Below are positions 40,531-54,583 of a stretch of DNA of 64,000 nt, in pieces; position 1 is the first letter of the stretch; each line of letters starts with the position of its first letter. Position numbers and translations under genes: made by a program. Source of the stretch: Cenococcum geophilum (lineage: Eukaryota); assembly GCA_050273025.1 (NCBI GenBank), contig CP158636.1, positions 6,696,001 through 6,760,000 of the forward strand, written 5' to 3'. The notes beneath the pieces are model-generated. The model saw only the letters and a program-made list of their open reading frames with translations, had not been told where the DNA came from and made no database searches.

Positions 40531-42129
40531 CTAGCGCCTTAGTGGACCCACTAAGGCCTATATAGCACTAAGGCGGTCGGCAAAGGTCGCGGATCCCCTG
40601 CTACTTATAGACGGAACCAACCCTATATTTAATAATTGGAAGCTTTAATTACGGGATAAGCTTAAAGTTAATGCAGACCACTTCCCTAACGCCCGAGCCA
40701 GAATGGCCTACGTTTTCGGCCGTACTAGCGGAGACGCCTAGACGCATTTACGCCCGCAATACACTAAAGACTTAGTAGACCCCTTTATCTCTAAAGAAGA
40801 AATAATTAAATACTTATCTTCTATTTATAAAGACCCTTTTAAAGTATAGAACGCCCGCCTTAGCTATAAAAGCCTAAATATAAAAATAATAGAGACCTTT
40901 TCGGCCTTTTAAACCCGCTTTCTATACCTAGCTAAATAGGCCTAGATCCCCTAGGAAGACCTACTACTAGACCTCTTTAATAAGCTTACTCTAGACCTAT
41001 AGCGGGCTGTATTGCTAGCTTATACTACGGCATAGACGTTAAAGGAACTTACGGACTATTGCCTAGCTATTAACTAAGGCCTTTATTAAATTAAGGCACA
41101 CGCTAACTAGCTAAAAACTAGAAACCTTGTAAACTAGGCCGTAAGTACTATAAGTACGGCCTATAGTGCCCCGGTATAATTGGCAACTCCTATAGTTAAC
41201 CTAATAGCTAGCCGCGCAGCTACCCCTACTATGGGCCTAGTATATACCCGGCCTATATATAGCAACCCCTATATATAGGCCCTTAGCGATTAAGGAGCTT
41301 ACTTTTTATGCAGTTAAATAGGCTACCCTATAAGAAACTGCCTAATAAAGGTAAAGATAAATAAGGTCCTATTAATTTAGGAGGATAGTACGGAGCCGGA
41401 AAAAGAGAAACCTTAGAGAAAGACTCCTCTCTAGGGTTAAAAGGGATTAATATATTATATATCGATCTAGGTCGGCTAGTTAGTAGAAGAAGCTACACTA
41501 TCCCTTATACTTTATTTCGCAATAAATATTAAGTTTTAACCTCTGCTTTAGCTGACTTAGGAGTAAATACCTTTACCTTAATTAATATAAAGTGCGCTAT
41601 AAAACTAGCTGACTTTTTAAATGTATTCCTTAAAGAACTACCTAAACTAGTCCCTATTCGCAGTTATAACGGACGGATAGGACTACCTATTATAACTATC
41701 TTGCGGATCTACCTCCGCGTTAACGGACGAAGGCGGTATCATCAGGAATTTTTTTTTTGGGCTCGTTGTTGCGGTTTGCGGCAATTTGCGGCAAACTGTA
41801 CGGTCGCGGTGGGTGTATATAGTCCTTAGCGATTTGCGTAAAACGCGCATTTTGCAACAAAATTGCAGCATCCTATAGCAAATTGCGGCAAAATACTTAA
41901 CCACTGTGCGAAATGTACGAAATGTACGAAATATACAAAATGTACAAACTGTACAAATTGTAACTATATAAATTATATTATATAATACCCAGATTATTGC
42001 ATATTTCTATAGATTACTATAATATTCTTTTAAATATATTTATATTATAACTATATAAAATATAGAGCTATCTACTTAGGTATTAAGGGGGAAGCCTCTT
42101 ATAGAGGCTCCAAATCGTTAATTGGCGGT

Positions 42130-42375
42130 ATTTACCTACCTGCCTGCCTACCTACCTACCTGCCTGCCTGCCTACCTACCTACCTACCTACCTGCCTATT
42201 TACCTGCCTATCTATCTATCTATCTGTCTATACCTACCTACCTATACCTACCTATCTATGCCTACTGTCTGTACCTACCTGTCTATACCTACTGTCTATA
42301 CCTACCTGTCTATGCCTACTATCTATGCCTACCTGTCTATGCCTACCGTCTGTACCTATTTATCTATACTACCTC
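42130..42375. repeat. (cctr)n microsatellite grading into an 18-bp repeat
   Basis: Directly visible. Confidence 0.9.
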
Positions 42376-42514
42376 TGAACGGTAGTCGTCCGGGGTGCCT
42401 CCATAGGAGGGCTTAATTCGATTCGATTCGGTAATAGACTAATAATAAGGCTCTGGTTTGATTCGACCGATCGAATCGTTTAGTGTTTGCTGGCTGGGTC
42501 GTTCGAACGGTTAG

Positions 42515-42765
42515 CGGTCGTCTAGCTCTGGCGACGGTCGTCTGGCTTTGGCGACGGTCGTCTAGCTCTAGCGACGGTCGTCTAGCTCTGGCGACGATCG
42601 TCTAGCTCTGGCGACGGTCGTCTGGCTCTGGCGACGGTCGTCTGGCTCTTGCGACGATCGTCTAGCTCTGGTGACGGTCGTCTAGCTCTGGGGACGGTCG
42701 TCTGGCTCTGGGGACGGTCGTTTGGTTCTGGTGACGGTTATCTGGTTCTGGCGATGGTCGTCTGC
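42515..42765. repeat. 20-bp tandem repeat (ggtcgtctrgctctggcgac)
   Basis: About 12 copies. Confidence 0.93.
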
Positions 42766-42889
42766 TGGCTGCCGTTTTGGTGCCTCTCTAGGTAGGGAGG
42801 ATGTAAGGAAGGAAGGGTAAAAAATAAGGTGGCTACCTATGTGTAGAGGCTATTGGGAATATAGCGGGGACCCGATAGTAATGTGTTAT

Positions 42890-43830
42890 GCGGAGCTTTG
42901 TGTAGAGCCTCCGTACGCAGAGCTTCGCGTAGAGCCTCGTGTAGAGCCTCTGTACGTAGAGCTTTGCGCAGAGTTTCGTGTAGAGCTTCGTATAGAGCTT
43001 TGTGCAGAGCTTCGTGCAGAGTCTTAGTAGAGCTTTATGTAGAGCTTCGTGCAGAGCTTTGTGTAGAGCTTTGTGTAGGGCTTCGTGTAGAGCTTCGTGT
43101 AGAGCTTCGTGCAGAGCCTCTGTACGCAGAGCTTCGTGCAGAGCTTCGTGCAGAGCTTCGTGTAGAACTTCGTGCAGAGCTTCGTGCAGAGCTTCATGCA
43201 GAACTTCGTGTAGAGCTTCGTGTAGAGCTTCGTGCAGAGCCTCTGTACGCAGAGCTTCGTGCAGAGCTTTGTGTAGAACTTCGTGCAGAGCTTCGTGCAG
43301 AACTTCGTGTAGAGCTTCGTGCAGAACTTCGTGTAGAGCTTCGTGTAGAGCTTCGTGCAGAGCCTCGTGCAGAGCTTCGTGCAGAGCTTTGTGTAGAACT
43401 TCGTGCAGAGCTTCGTGCAGAACTTCGTGTAGAGCTTCGTGTAGAGCTTCGTGCAGAGCCTCGTGCAGAGCTTCGTGCAGAGCCTCTGTACGCAGAGCTT
43501 CGTGCAGAGCTTCGTGTAGAACTTCGTGCAGAGCTTCGTGTAGAACTTCGTGCAGAGCTTCGTGCAGAACTTCGTGTAGAGCTTCGTGTAGAGCTTCGTG
43601 CAGAGCCTCGTGCAGAGCTTCGTGCAGAGCCTCTGTACGCAGAGCTTCGTGCAGAGCTTCGTGTAGAACTTCGTGCAGAGCTTTGTGTAGAACTTCGTGC
43701 AGAGCTTTGTGTAGAACTTCGTGTAGAGCTTCGTGTAGAGCTTCGTATAGAGCTTCGTATAGAGCTTCGTGCAGAGCTTTGTGTGGAGCTTTGTGCAGAG
43801 CTTTGTGTAGAGCTTTGTGCGGAGCTTCTG
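42890..43830. repeat. 12-bp tandem repeat (gyagagcttcgt) with higher-order variants
   Basis: Many tens of copies; source of the ALHE, ELRA and ASCR ORFs. Confidence 0.95.
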
Positions 43831-46800
43831 CGTATTTGTAGCAATTTGCGGTAATTTGCAGCAATTCGCATAGGCTACTTATAAGTAGCTGCGTATTTAT
43901 AGCAATTTGCATAGGCTACTTATAAGTAGCTGCGTATTTGTAGCAATTTGCATAGGCTACTTATACGTAGCTGCGTGTTTGTAGCAATTTGCTGCGAATC
44001 GCCGCAAATTGCGACTTACGCAGGTTTTGCAGACCCCGATTTTCGCTTGCAACAACGTGCCCAAAAAAAAATTTCCTGATGATAACGTCCCCTTTCTTAT
44101 TACGGACCTTAAAAGCTATAATATAATCTTAGGGAGAAAATGGCTAGCCTATTTAGGCTTATAGCTTAATATATAGAACAGGCAGCTTATCTGGCCCGAA
44201 ACTATACCCCTAACGCCTTCCTTTATAAAAGAGATTAGTATTATAATAGAAAACCTTATACGGCCGCAAATAAACACCGTTTACTAGGCTAATGTAACGC
44301 GTAGGGACTAGGCTTTTAAGAAGGATGTATAGCTTAATCCGTAACGGATCCGTATACTACGCCGCCCCTAGACTGCCTATATTATACCACCCGCACTAGA
44401 GACTTAGGAAGTTAGTAGTGGCCTAGCTAAGTCCCTAATGGAGAACTTAGGCCCTACGCAGCTATAAAGAAAGGCTAGGGATATTAAATAATATACCAAA
44501 CTAATAAACTAAAAGGATAACTTATAGAAAATGGAACGCAAGCTAAGGAAGACTATAAACCTTATACCGCAAAATACGGCCTAATAAATATCCGTAAAGA
44601 AACCCATAGACCTCCCGCTAGTTAATATCTGCTATATTAGCGCTATAGGATTCTACTAAAACCTGGTTTAGCCTAGTACCGTTGCCTTTATAACTAGCTT
44701 ATACGAAATTAATTAAATAATTAAAGAGAAAGAAGCCCTAGCCTAAGAGAAAGGCGAGCTTATGGATAAGGAGCTAGTAGAACAGAAACTGCCCCATTAA
44801 TACCAGAAATTTAAAGACACTTTCTCCAAAGTAGCGTTTAATATACTCCCGCCTTACCGACCGTATAACTATAAGATTAAAATTAAGCCGGATAAGGTAG
44901 TTACCCTTAGCTATAGCCCCCTCTAACAGCAATCTACTGCCAAATTATAGGCCATAAAGTAGTATCTTATTAATAACCTGGATAAGGGCTTTATTAAGCC
45001 TAGTTAAGCCCCTTTTAACTTACCTATTCTCTTTACTAAAAAGCTAAATAGAGGACTTCGTTTCTATATTAACTACTATAAGCTTAATAATTTGACCCTT
45101 AAAGACCGCTACCTACTACCTTTACTTAATAAGACTTTGGCCCGAATAAGTAGAGCTAAGATCTTTACGAAGCTTAATATCCGCTAGGCTTTTTACCGGA
45201 TTAGGATAGACCCTAAATTAGAAGACCTTATTACGTTTCGGACCCGTTATAGAACGTATAAATGTAAAATACTGCCTTTTAGACTAACTAACGGACCGGC
45301 CATATACTAATGATATATAAATAACGTACTATTTAACTACCTTAACGACTTCTATACAGCATACCTAAATAATACTATAATCTACTCTGAAAACAAACTA
45401 AAATATAAAGAGTATATCTATAAAGTCCTATAACGGCTTTAGGAAGCTAGCCTCTAAGCTAATATTAAGAAGTTAGAATTTAGTGTTAAGCGTATAAAGT
45501 ATCTAGGGTTTATTATTAGTATAAATAGGATTAAGGCAGACCCAGAAAAGACGGCTGTAATTAACTAATAGGTACCCCTAAGGACCGTAAAGGGGGTATA
45601 GTTATTCTTAGGGTTCTATAACTTCTACTAACGCTTTATTAAAAACTACAGCAGGATTACCTAACTACTAAGCCTACTTACCTATAAGGACCGGCCCTTT
45701 TACTTTAACACTATATATAGGCAGGCCTTTAATAAGCTTAAGAAACGACTAGTCTCTACTTCCTTACTCGCCCACTTTAACCCAAAACGGCCCTTAATGC
45801 TAAAAACCGATGCCTTAGATAGTATTATAGCTGGCGTTTACTCCTAAAAGCAAACAAACGGAGAATGGCACCCTATTACTTACTATTTAAAGACTATAGT
45901 AGATGCTAAGCTAAACTACCCAATTCACGATAAAGAAATGCTGGCTATTATCTCTAGCTTTTAGCACTAGCGAGCCTAACTAGAAGGCACCCCTAAGTCT
46001 ATTTAGGTAGTTTCCGATTATAAGGCCTTAGAATATTTTATAATAATAAAGGCCCTTATAGCCCGACAGGCGTGCTAGGCGGACACCCTATCTTAGTTTA
46101 ACTTTCTAATTATATATAGGCTAGGCGCCACCAACCGTGCAGACGCTCTTATAAGGCGTAAATAGGATATAAATAACTAGATAGCCGTAAAGATCTTATT
46201 ACGGACCTAAGCGCTACTATAACTAGAATACCTTAACTTTTAGATATAGGCAGAACTAAATACAGACTCTTTAGATGCCAAGATATGCCCTATTAACTCC
46301 ATAGAACTGGACCTTATTAATAAACTGCTGCAGGTAAACCGTACGGCCCCTTCTCTATAGAAGTACCACGAAAAGGCAAAGAATGTTTCTAGCCTATGGT
46401 CCCTTAAAAGTGGACTACTTAAGCACCGTAAACGGCTAGTAGTAGCAGAGGAACAGAACTTATAGACTTAGCTTATTGCTAAAGCATATGCCTAGGTCTC
46501 TACGGCCCACCCTAGAAAAAATAAGACCCGTAGGATTATTAGCAACTACTACTACTGGCCCGGAATAATTATAAATATTAACCGCTATATATGGAACTGT
46601 AATAACTACCGTAGGTTTATAATTCCATAAAATAAGACCTTAGGACTATTAAAACCCCTCCTAATACCTAACCGCCCCTAGTAATATGTCTCTATAGACT
46701 TTTATAAGCTACCTTTAGACCGTAATAGATATAATATAGTTATAATTCTAGTTAACCGCTTCGGCAAGCGCCTATTCTTAATTCCCTATTATAAGAATAT

Positions 46801-48222
46801 TAATACTAAAGAGGTAGCCTAGCTGTATATCTACTATGTTTACCAAATTTATAGATTACTAGACACTATTGTATCCAACCATAGGCCGTAGTTTATATCA
46901 GCCTTTTGGAATAAGTTTACCTAGATCTTAGGTATTAAGCTAAAGCTTTCTATGGCATATTACCCCTAGATAGACAGTTAAACGGAGATTGTAAATTAAT
47001 ACTTAGACTAGAAACTCCGGCCTTTTATTAACTACTTCTAAGATAACTAGGCTAAACTATTGCTCTTAATAGACTACGCCCAAGCAACCCTACCCTATAA
47101 CTCTACCGGATTTGCCCCTATTTAACTAGAAATAGGTTACCTATCCTATATAAGCTTTAACTAGGAAAGACTAGAAGGGCCCTAGACTATACGCGAAAAA
47201 CTATCTTATAAGGAAGCCTAGCAGTACGCTAAGCGCTTAAAAGAAGCCTGGAAAGTGGCCTATATAAACTTAGAAAAGGCCTAGAAATTAATAGAATAGC
47301 AGGCGAATAAGTATAGGCGCGAGCCTGACTTTACTATAGGCGATATAGTCTAGGTTATAATAAAGAACTAGAAAATAGAACGGCCTAGCCGTAAGCTGGA
47401 CTATAAGATAGTAGGACCGTATAAGATTCTTAATAAAGTAGGCAACTTATATAAGGTTAAGCTCCCAGACTTAATTAAAGTTTACTCTATTTTCTTACTA
47501 GATAAGCTACGAAAAGCTATAAATAACCTACTACCTAGATAAAAGAATAAATCTCCCCTACTAATTTAAGTTAATAGCGATAATAAATAGGAAATTAAAG
47601 AAGTGCTAGCCTGTAAACTTATAAAGGGAACGTTAAAGTATTATATTAGTTGGAAAGGATATAACTTAGACCCCACTTAGTACCCTATATAGAACTTTAT
47701 AGGTAGTCCCTATAAGCTTTAGGAGTTCTATAGCCGTTACCCTAATAAACCTAGACCGCTAAAGTACCTAGATAAGTGGATAGAATACTAGCATAACAAA
47801 GATAATAAGCTACTAGAAGAATATAAGGACAAAAACACCCTAGAAATTTCTTAGTTACGTAAGGTGTTAAAATATTTAGGAACTTTAACCGACGGTTGAA
47901 GTTATCTAATTGGTCAGATTCTCTTACTAAGACTTTTAGCGACAAAGCCTAAGGGCAGGCTTTTTTGGAGGGGGGGGTAATATTATAGCACTGGCAGAAC
48001 TTAGCAGAACTTGGCAGAACTTTACACCGGTAAGTTGCTATAGATTGCCGCATATTGCGATTACGTAACGTAAAGATTTTATAAAACACCAAACGGCGCT
48101 ACTCTTCTTCTCCTTTCCTTTCTCTAGCTTTAGATTCTCGTTTATAGACAATCCAATCGTATAGGCTTGCGCGACCCTTTTGCCGTGCTTATGTCTCGAT
48201 TGACTGAGTCGCTAACACTAGG

Positions 48223-50123
48223 CTGTAGACTAGGAACTTAAATATCCTTAATATCTTTAGATATTACTAACAGTTTAGCTAGAGGGCCAAAATATATTAT
48301 TATTTTATTTAATATAGGATAGCCTAAATATTATAGATCTAGAATTACATCTACACTCTTAAATTTGGCGCTATTAACGTATTTTAGACTAACCCTTTTA
48401 TTTATAGTCATTATAACTAGCGTTTTAGGTACGATTATATAGAATAAAGGGACCGTAATTTTAAAGTATTGAGAACCTTATAAATCTCGTTTTTGTTTTC
48501 TATTTCTATCCCTTTTTAAATTCCCTATCTCTTCTAGTAATACTTTAATAGAAAAATAGATATATATTTATTAAGCTTTATTATATATTAAGCAACAGCC
48601 TTAATATTTAGGAGCAGTCTTAGCTTATTTATAGGAACTATAGCTCTTACACTAGTAGTAAAATTAGATATTAACTAGCGCGAACTTGTTTTTAGAGAAT
48701 CACAACATTAATAAATTTTTAAAATAGTTAAAATCCTTATATATACTTCGAGTCCTCTTTAACTACTAGTAAAGTTAACTCGTTAACATTTATCGATAAC
48801 TTTAGTAAACTTATTCTTATAACTAGAGGAAACTAATAAAAGTTGCTAGTAAAAATAACCACTAGGATTCCTCTAAAAGGTTATTATTTCTCTTTAAAAT
48901 CCCTATATTTCTTATTAATTTTCAAAAGCGTTACGCCAGAAATTATACATATTTTATTAATAATAAGCATTTTTCTATACTCCTAAAGTTTGGCTGTTTT
49001 TAACTACTTTTCTAAATACCTAATATTTGTTATATCTAATTACCCGTAACTAATATAATTTTTTAAGTTCTATTTTTATTATCTATTAAAATTAATAGAG
49101 CTAAGTAAACGGTAACGTCTTATATCTTTACTTCTTAACAATGCTATTAAAACAAGTTATCTCTCACAATTTAGAATTTTAAAAACATCGTAAATAGCTT
49201 TAATTACTCTTAATTTGCCTATTTTACCAGCGTCTCTAAGATACATAAGGTATTGTCTTTATTCTTAAATAGATTTATTTCTTATATATCTCTTTAGAAA
49301 TTTAAACAGTTATATAACTACTTAACTCTATAACTTATTTAAGTTCTAAATCTCGTAACTATACTTAGCAGCACTAATATACAATTTAAAGGATCCTGTT
49401 CGCAATTATATAGTAAATCTAGGTCCTAGGTAAAAGATCTATTCGACTTATAAGCTCTACTAAGTTAAATCTTAAGTATTCTCTCCACTAATACGCTTAG
49501 TAATTACTTTATCTAGATTTTTTATAGCTTGCTTAAGCGCTTTATTTAAGACTTTCCTAGATTTACTATACTAATTACTTAATTATTATCTCATTAAATA
49601 TTATTATAGAAATCTCCATTTCTTAATCTAGAAATTTAGGTTAAAAGTTTTAAGAAATTGCTAATAATAGGGTTTAAAGCTTAAATGATTCACATAAAGT
49701 CTAGTAATCTTTTAGTTACTTCTCCTTTTTTTATAGCCTTTTTAAGTATCTTTCGAAAAGCTATAAAATAATACTCCTTAATAACAACATTATTTATACT
49801 ATAATCTTATTTAGTAGCTTTTTTATCTATATCTTTAAAGGCTCCTTCTTTAGTTTAATCCCTATTAGAAAGCTTCTTCCGAAGTCTAGTATTAGCTTTA
49901 GCATCCTCTGCGCTTTTTTATAGAAGACAAATATTTTAAACGTAAAATTTAAATCTTAAGCTTAAATTTTCTAACAGCTGTTTCTATAGTGTGGTAAAAT
50001 TATCTAGTATTTTATCTAAGAAAGCTTCCTAGAGAATAAATAGAGTAAGATATAAGATGGCGTTTCTAAAATTAAATATTAGTTTATATATTTATATTAT
50101 AGGTCGTTAATATATATAATAAT
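48223..50123 (-). pseudogene. PIF1-like helicase, N-terminal and central part (possibly a Helitron RepHel remnant)
   Basis: LMYL(G).AG..GK(S)RVI.A Walker A at ~49195-49250; PF(G)GI(P)VVIFT(GD)F.(Q)FP(P)V at ~48820-48882; joins 39200-39622 across the ctagg duplication. Confidence 0.82.
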
Positions 50124-52221
50124 TATAAGGGCGCGAAGAGACTTTAGGGAAGATTAGAAGGAATAATATAAATTCTATCTAAATCTAAGGGTATATAGCT
50201 CTTGCTAAGAACAAGACGTTGCGTAAAGAAGCGAAAGGAATAACAAGAGAATTATATAATTAAATAGTTAAGGGCTTTGTGGTTAATACGTGCGTATATA
50301 TATATACAGTCTTTAACAGACTTTAGTAGAATTTAATTAATCTAGCAGAACTTAGTAGAAGTTAATTAAGCTAGCAAAATTTAGTAGAATTTAGTTAAAG
50401 CGTCGGAATTTATCTGTTAAGTGTTTTACTAAGACATTCCTACTATAACTAGGCTAGTCCCATTATAGTACCCTCCCCCTTTAGCTAAAGGTCTAAAAAA
50501 ATTTAATCTAGTTAAGACTTTATAACTTATCGCGTTTTTATATATTCGCGTTAGCTAGTAATATAGAGTTTTACCAGTTCTAATCGTAAATAAACTAATT
50601 AGGATTTTCTATGCCCGGTATAGAAAATCGCTATTAGCTTAGTTAGGGCGGTAAGTAGAACTAATATCTTTATAGTAGGTCTTAGTAAGGTAAATCTAAC
50701 CAATTAAATAACTTTAACTGGCGGTTAAAGTTTTTTAATTATATAACCGTATTATAAATATTATGATATATTTTAAGTTTTTTTTTAATTTTAAGCTTCC
50801 TACTATTGTTTTTCGTATATTCGTATTAGGTTGTAATTATTTACCTTTATATTATGTCTATTTAGCTAAAGTAGGCCGTAAAGGATAGTCCTTATAGAAT
50901 TCTTTTACTAGGGAAGGCGTATTAGTCTTAATTTGCTTATAAGGTTCCTAGGTTTATATCTTATATTCTTTCTATTTAATAAGAAGTTTAAATTATTTAG
51001 ACTATGTCTTCTATTATATATCGTTAATTAAGTTAATAAAGTAAGAACTATTACCGTTATTAATAATTACGAAAGGTAGTGGTAGTACTTCGCAAGTTAT
51101 AGGTTTACCCTTTAAGGGTTATAGCAAGTTTACATAAAACGTTAGATATATTTCTATCTTCGTTAGTAGTTTAAGCTTATAAGCTTATAGGCTTATAAAC
51201 TTCTAGTCTAGTTTCTTTAAGGGTTGTTAAGTCTTTAGGTTTTATATATTTAGGTAAACTATATTACCTTAAAGTCCTATATAAGAGCTTATCCTTTATT
51301 TATATACTATTCCTATACTATTTAAGCGTACGCTAATTTACTTTATACTAGTTCCGTTAACTACTTTATTTAATTAGCAAAGTTATACGCGTTAATTAGT
51401 TAAATCCTCTTAATTATAGGTTTTATTATATTAATTTTAGGTTATAGTTTAAATCTAAGTTAAGGGTTTTGTTTATAGGTTACGTAAAATAGCATTACGC
51501 CTATTAATTTATTTTTCGTATTATTTGCAGTAAACTTAGCTAAAGGTAGCCACTTTTCCTAGTTGTCTTATAGGTAGGAGTAATATATTTATAGGTATTA
51601 TTCTATAATTGCGTCTATAATTTTAGTTTAACTATTTATCTTTAGATAAAATATAGTTAAGAGTTATATTTATATACTTAATTACTTATATAGGGCTTAC
51701 CAGAAGTATAAAACGAATTAGTTTTTATAGTTAGATATTATTAAATTAGGAAGTCTATATAGCTTAAAGACATACTTAATAAAATATTCGGCTACTAATA
51801 TTGCATTAATTAAGTCTATAGGAATCATATATCGCATTTTTATAAGACGGTTAATAACTACTATAATATTTATAAACCTATTATTGTTAAGTAGGTTAAC
51901 TATAAAGTTAATTAAAATATCTCGCTATTTTTATATTAGAATTGGTAACGGTTAAAGTACTCCTTATTTCTTTATATAAGAAGTCTTCCTATATACGTAC
52001 ATTTTATATACTTAAACGTATTTTTATATATAGTTGTGTATTATAGGCGAGTAATATACTTATTAGATAATTTTATAGGTTTTTATATAGCTAGGATACC
52101 CTACTATAGGGGAATCGTGTATAAATTTAAGTATCTTAAATTATAAGGGTTTAGAATTTAGGATTACTATCTTCTATTAATAGTATAACTAATTATTACG
52201 GGTTTTATATTTAGCGAGTAT
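50124..52221 (-). mobile_element. Ty3/Gypsy family C, 3' portion (integrase, LTR at 50124-50467)
   Basis: Purine tract at 50468-50483 on the minus strand; inverted LTR termini tataaggg/cccattata; HDSP..GHPG and DGQTE integrase motifs. Confidence 0.85.
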
Positions 52222-53742
52222 TATAACGGAACCTTATAGTAAGTACTACAGTGGGCTTGTTAATGGGCTAGGTATATAGGTAATATAAATTAAAGTTAAT
52301 AACGTAATAATAACTAGTAGAGTAGTTGCCTAATAAATTAACTCTAATTATATTCTAAGAATTACTATAAGGAAGAAACTATCTAGGTAGGGATTAAGGG
52401 TCCTTAAATATATAACTATACTCCTATAAAATCCTTCTTATATATAATATATATATGCTCTATCCACTCTATTATAGATTATATAGATTTTATAGATTAT
52501 ACGGATAACGTTATATAACCTTAGTTACTATTCTTCGTTATATAGCTCTATTAGCTCCATCCTAGACTATACCTATATTAACTAACTAGCTTCCTTTAAC
52601 TCCTCTCTAAGTAGTTATAATATTATACTTAAAGTATCCATAACACTATCTCCCTCCTCTTTAGCTTTATCCTTAAAGATCTTTAATATCTTTAAGTTAT
52701 TTACTAGAGGTATAATATCCATCTAATTAATTTAGTTAATATTGTTACTTATTATACCTAAAGCCTCTTCTTCTTTATATGCGTAATATTATACCTATAC
52801 TATTACTATAATCCTATTACTTAGTAAAATAATACTATCCCTATATTCTTATTACGTAAAAAAGGGGTTAGTTTATATTACGCTAGCGAGCCCTTTATCT
52901 TAGTAACCCTCTTCCTATTTAAAGTACACTAAGGTAAACGTTTAGTCCTCTTATAACGTTTATTCTACTTTTAACGCTAAGTATACGCATCCTATTACTC
53001 TTAATAGTCTTTTAATTCCCTAAGTAATTTATTATAGGGTCTTATATTTAATCTACGGCTATAAAGCTTAATAGTAACCTAGTATAGGCCCTTATTAAGC
53101 TTAAGCGCTCTTATAACGCGGAGTAAAAGGCCTTAAATACTTATATTGCGACGTCCGCTTAGTTACTTTATCTTAAAAAGGTTTATAAAAAGGTCCATTT
53201 TAAGGAGTAGAAATTTATATAATAAGGTTTATAGAAACTTAGTAATAAAAGAATAGATTTTTCTCTAGTAGGGAAGGAAATAACTTTAAGTAGTTCAGCG
53301 GTTGTTCCTCCTATATCCCCCTTAGGTAATTCTTTCTTTAGTAGTTCTCCTTTACCTAACCTATTCTCTTTTAATACTCCTATACCTTTCTTATAGCGTT
53401 TTTTAGATTCTATAGTAGTTTCTAGGTAGTTTTATTATAGCTTATCTACTTAACCTTATATTATATTTTATTATTAATATTCTTATAACTATTAATCTTT
53501 AAAACTTACTATTTATCCTTTTCTTATCCTCTATATATATCTACTTCGTAAATTAGTAGTTTAGCGTCCTTATATACTGGTTTTAGCATTATAATATACT
53601 ATATAGGGTAGATCTTTATTTTAGCTAGTAGGTTTAACTTAAATATAACCGGTAAAATCCTTTACTTAATTTTAAAAGGTCCTAGTCTAACGTAGTCTAA
53701 TTTCTTACTTAATTATTAACTTTTGAAATTTTTGTATAGTTA
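52222..53742 (-). mobile_element. Gypsy family A copy 3, 3' fragment (LTR at 52222-52645, extra ORF, chromodomain)
   Basis: Reverse complement of 32458-34009. Confidence 0.9.
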
Positions 53743-54434
53743 GTTCTATCTATAAGTAATTAGGGGTCTATAACCTTTATAAACTATAATAATACTAATA
53801 CTATATATTAGGCTAGGGCTTTAAGGACTATAGTAAGTCTTTAGGTATTTAATAACTCCTTATTAAGTATAGGGATGTCTCTAGTTCTAAGCAGCTCTTA
53901 AAGTTATTTAATTTTAGTATTAGCTACTATAAGCTCTACCTAGGAGTTTAAGTTAGTTACTATTTTACTATTAAAGGTAGTTAAGGGTCCTACGGCTGCT
54001 TTACCAGCTACTATATTTCTTAGCATAGTATAGGGGTATTAGATAATTCCGGTTAATTTCTTTAGGTATTTCGTTTATATTTCTTTTAAAGTTATATCCT
54101 TTTACGGTCCTGTTCTATCCTATCCTTTAGGGTTTAATTCTATATCCTAGTCCTATTCTTAGTCTATAGATATATTTAAGTTCCTTTTTAGGAAGAAAGG
54201 GTAGTATAAGCTTTAGATAATATTAGCGACTTAGTTAATTAAGGCACGGACACGGTAAGGGAGACGTGTAAACCTATACAATTGGATTATCTATTAATGA
54301 GGATCTAAAGCTAAAGAAAAGGAAAGGAAAAGACAAGCAGTAACGCGAGGAGTTATATACAATCCCCTAGTCACGTGAGAGTCACGTGAGCTCTGCGTCT
54401 ACCATAACTGCCGCTTTCTACCAGTGCCGTAACA
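53743..54434 (-). mobile_element. Gypsy family B-related 5' fragment (LTR at 54221-54434, gag start)
   Basis: Reverse complement resembles 39628-40620 without the solo-LTR insert. Confidence 0.85.
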
Positions 54435-54454
54435 ATGCGCGACGTTCGGCTCTA

Positions 54455-54583
54455 CCCCCTACTGTCCTACTAATATAGCTCTAAATTATATAAATAGGGG
54501 CTAGTTTTATAGCCCTAGTAAAGGGCTATTATATAAGGCCTTATTTATAAAATATAAAGCCATATTGGTAAAGCTATTGGGGG
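54455..54583. mobile_element. Possible 129-bp MITE
   Basis: ta-ccccc...ggggg-ta ends with imperfect ~27-bp inverted repeats; more RIP-like than its flanks. Confidence 0.5.

Larger units (their letters stand above)
41740..44081. mobile_element. 2.3-kb non-autonomous TIR element with Plavaka/CACTA-like ends
   Basis: 33-bp TIRs catcaggaa(t/a)tttttttttgggc(t/a)cgttgttgc, 31/33 match; 2-bp duplication at (41738-41739, 44082-44083); removal restores the protease frame GRRRYNVPFLITDL. Confidence 0.93.
39628..48217 (+). mobile_element. Full-length Ty3/Gypsy chromovirus, family B, with two nested insertions
   Basis: 237-bp LTRs at 39628-39864 and 47981-48217; duplication ctagg at 39623-39627 and 48218-48222; G-rich tract before the 3' LTR; gag from 40074; RT, RNase H, integrase and chromodomain motifs to ~47850. 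Confidence 0.96.

Noticed and set aside
42122..42385. 87-aa YLPA-repeat ORF
   Set aside because: Microsatellite translation.
42833..43912. Long ORFs of 225-359 aa (ALHE, ELRA, ASCR repeats)
   Set aside because: Open in several frames on both strands because of a stop-poor 12-bp tandem repeat.
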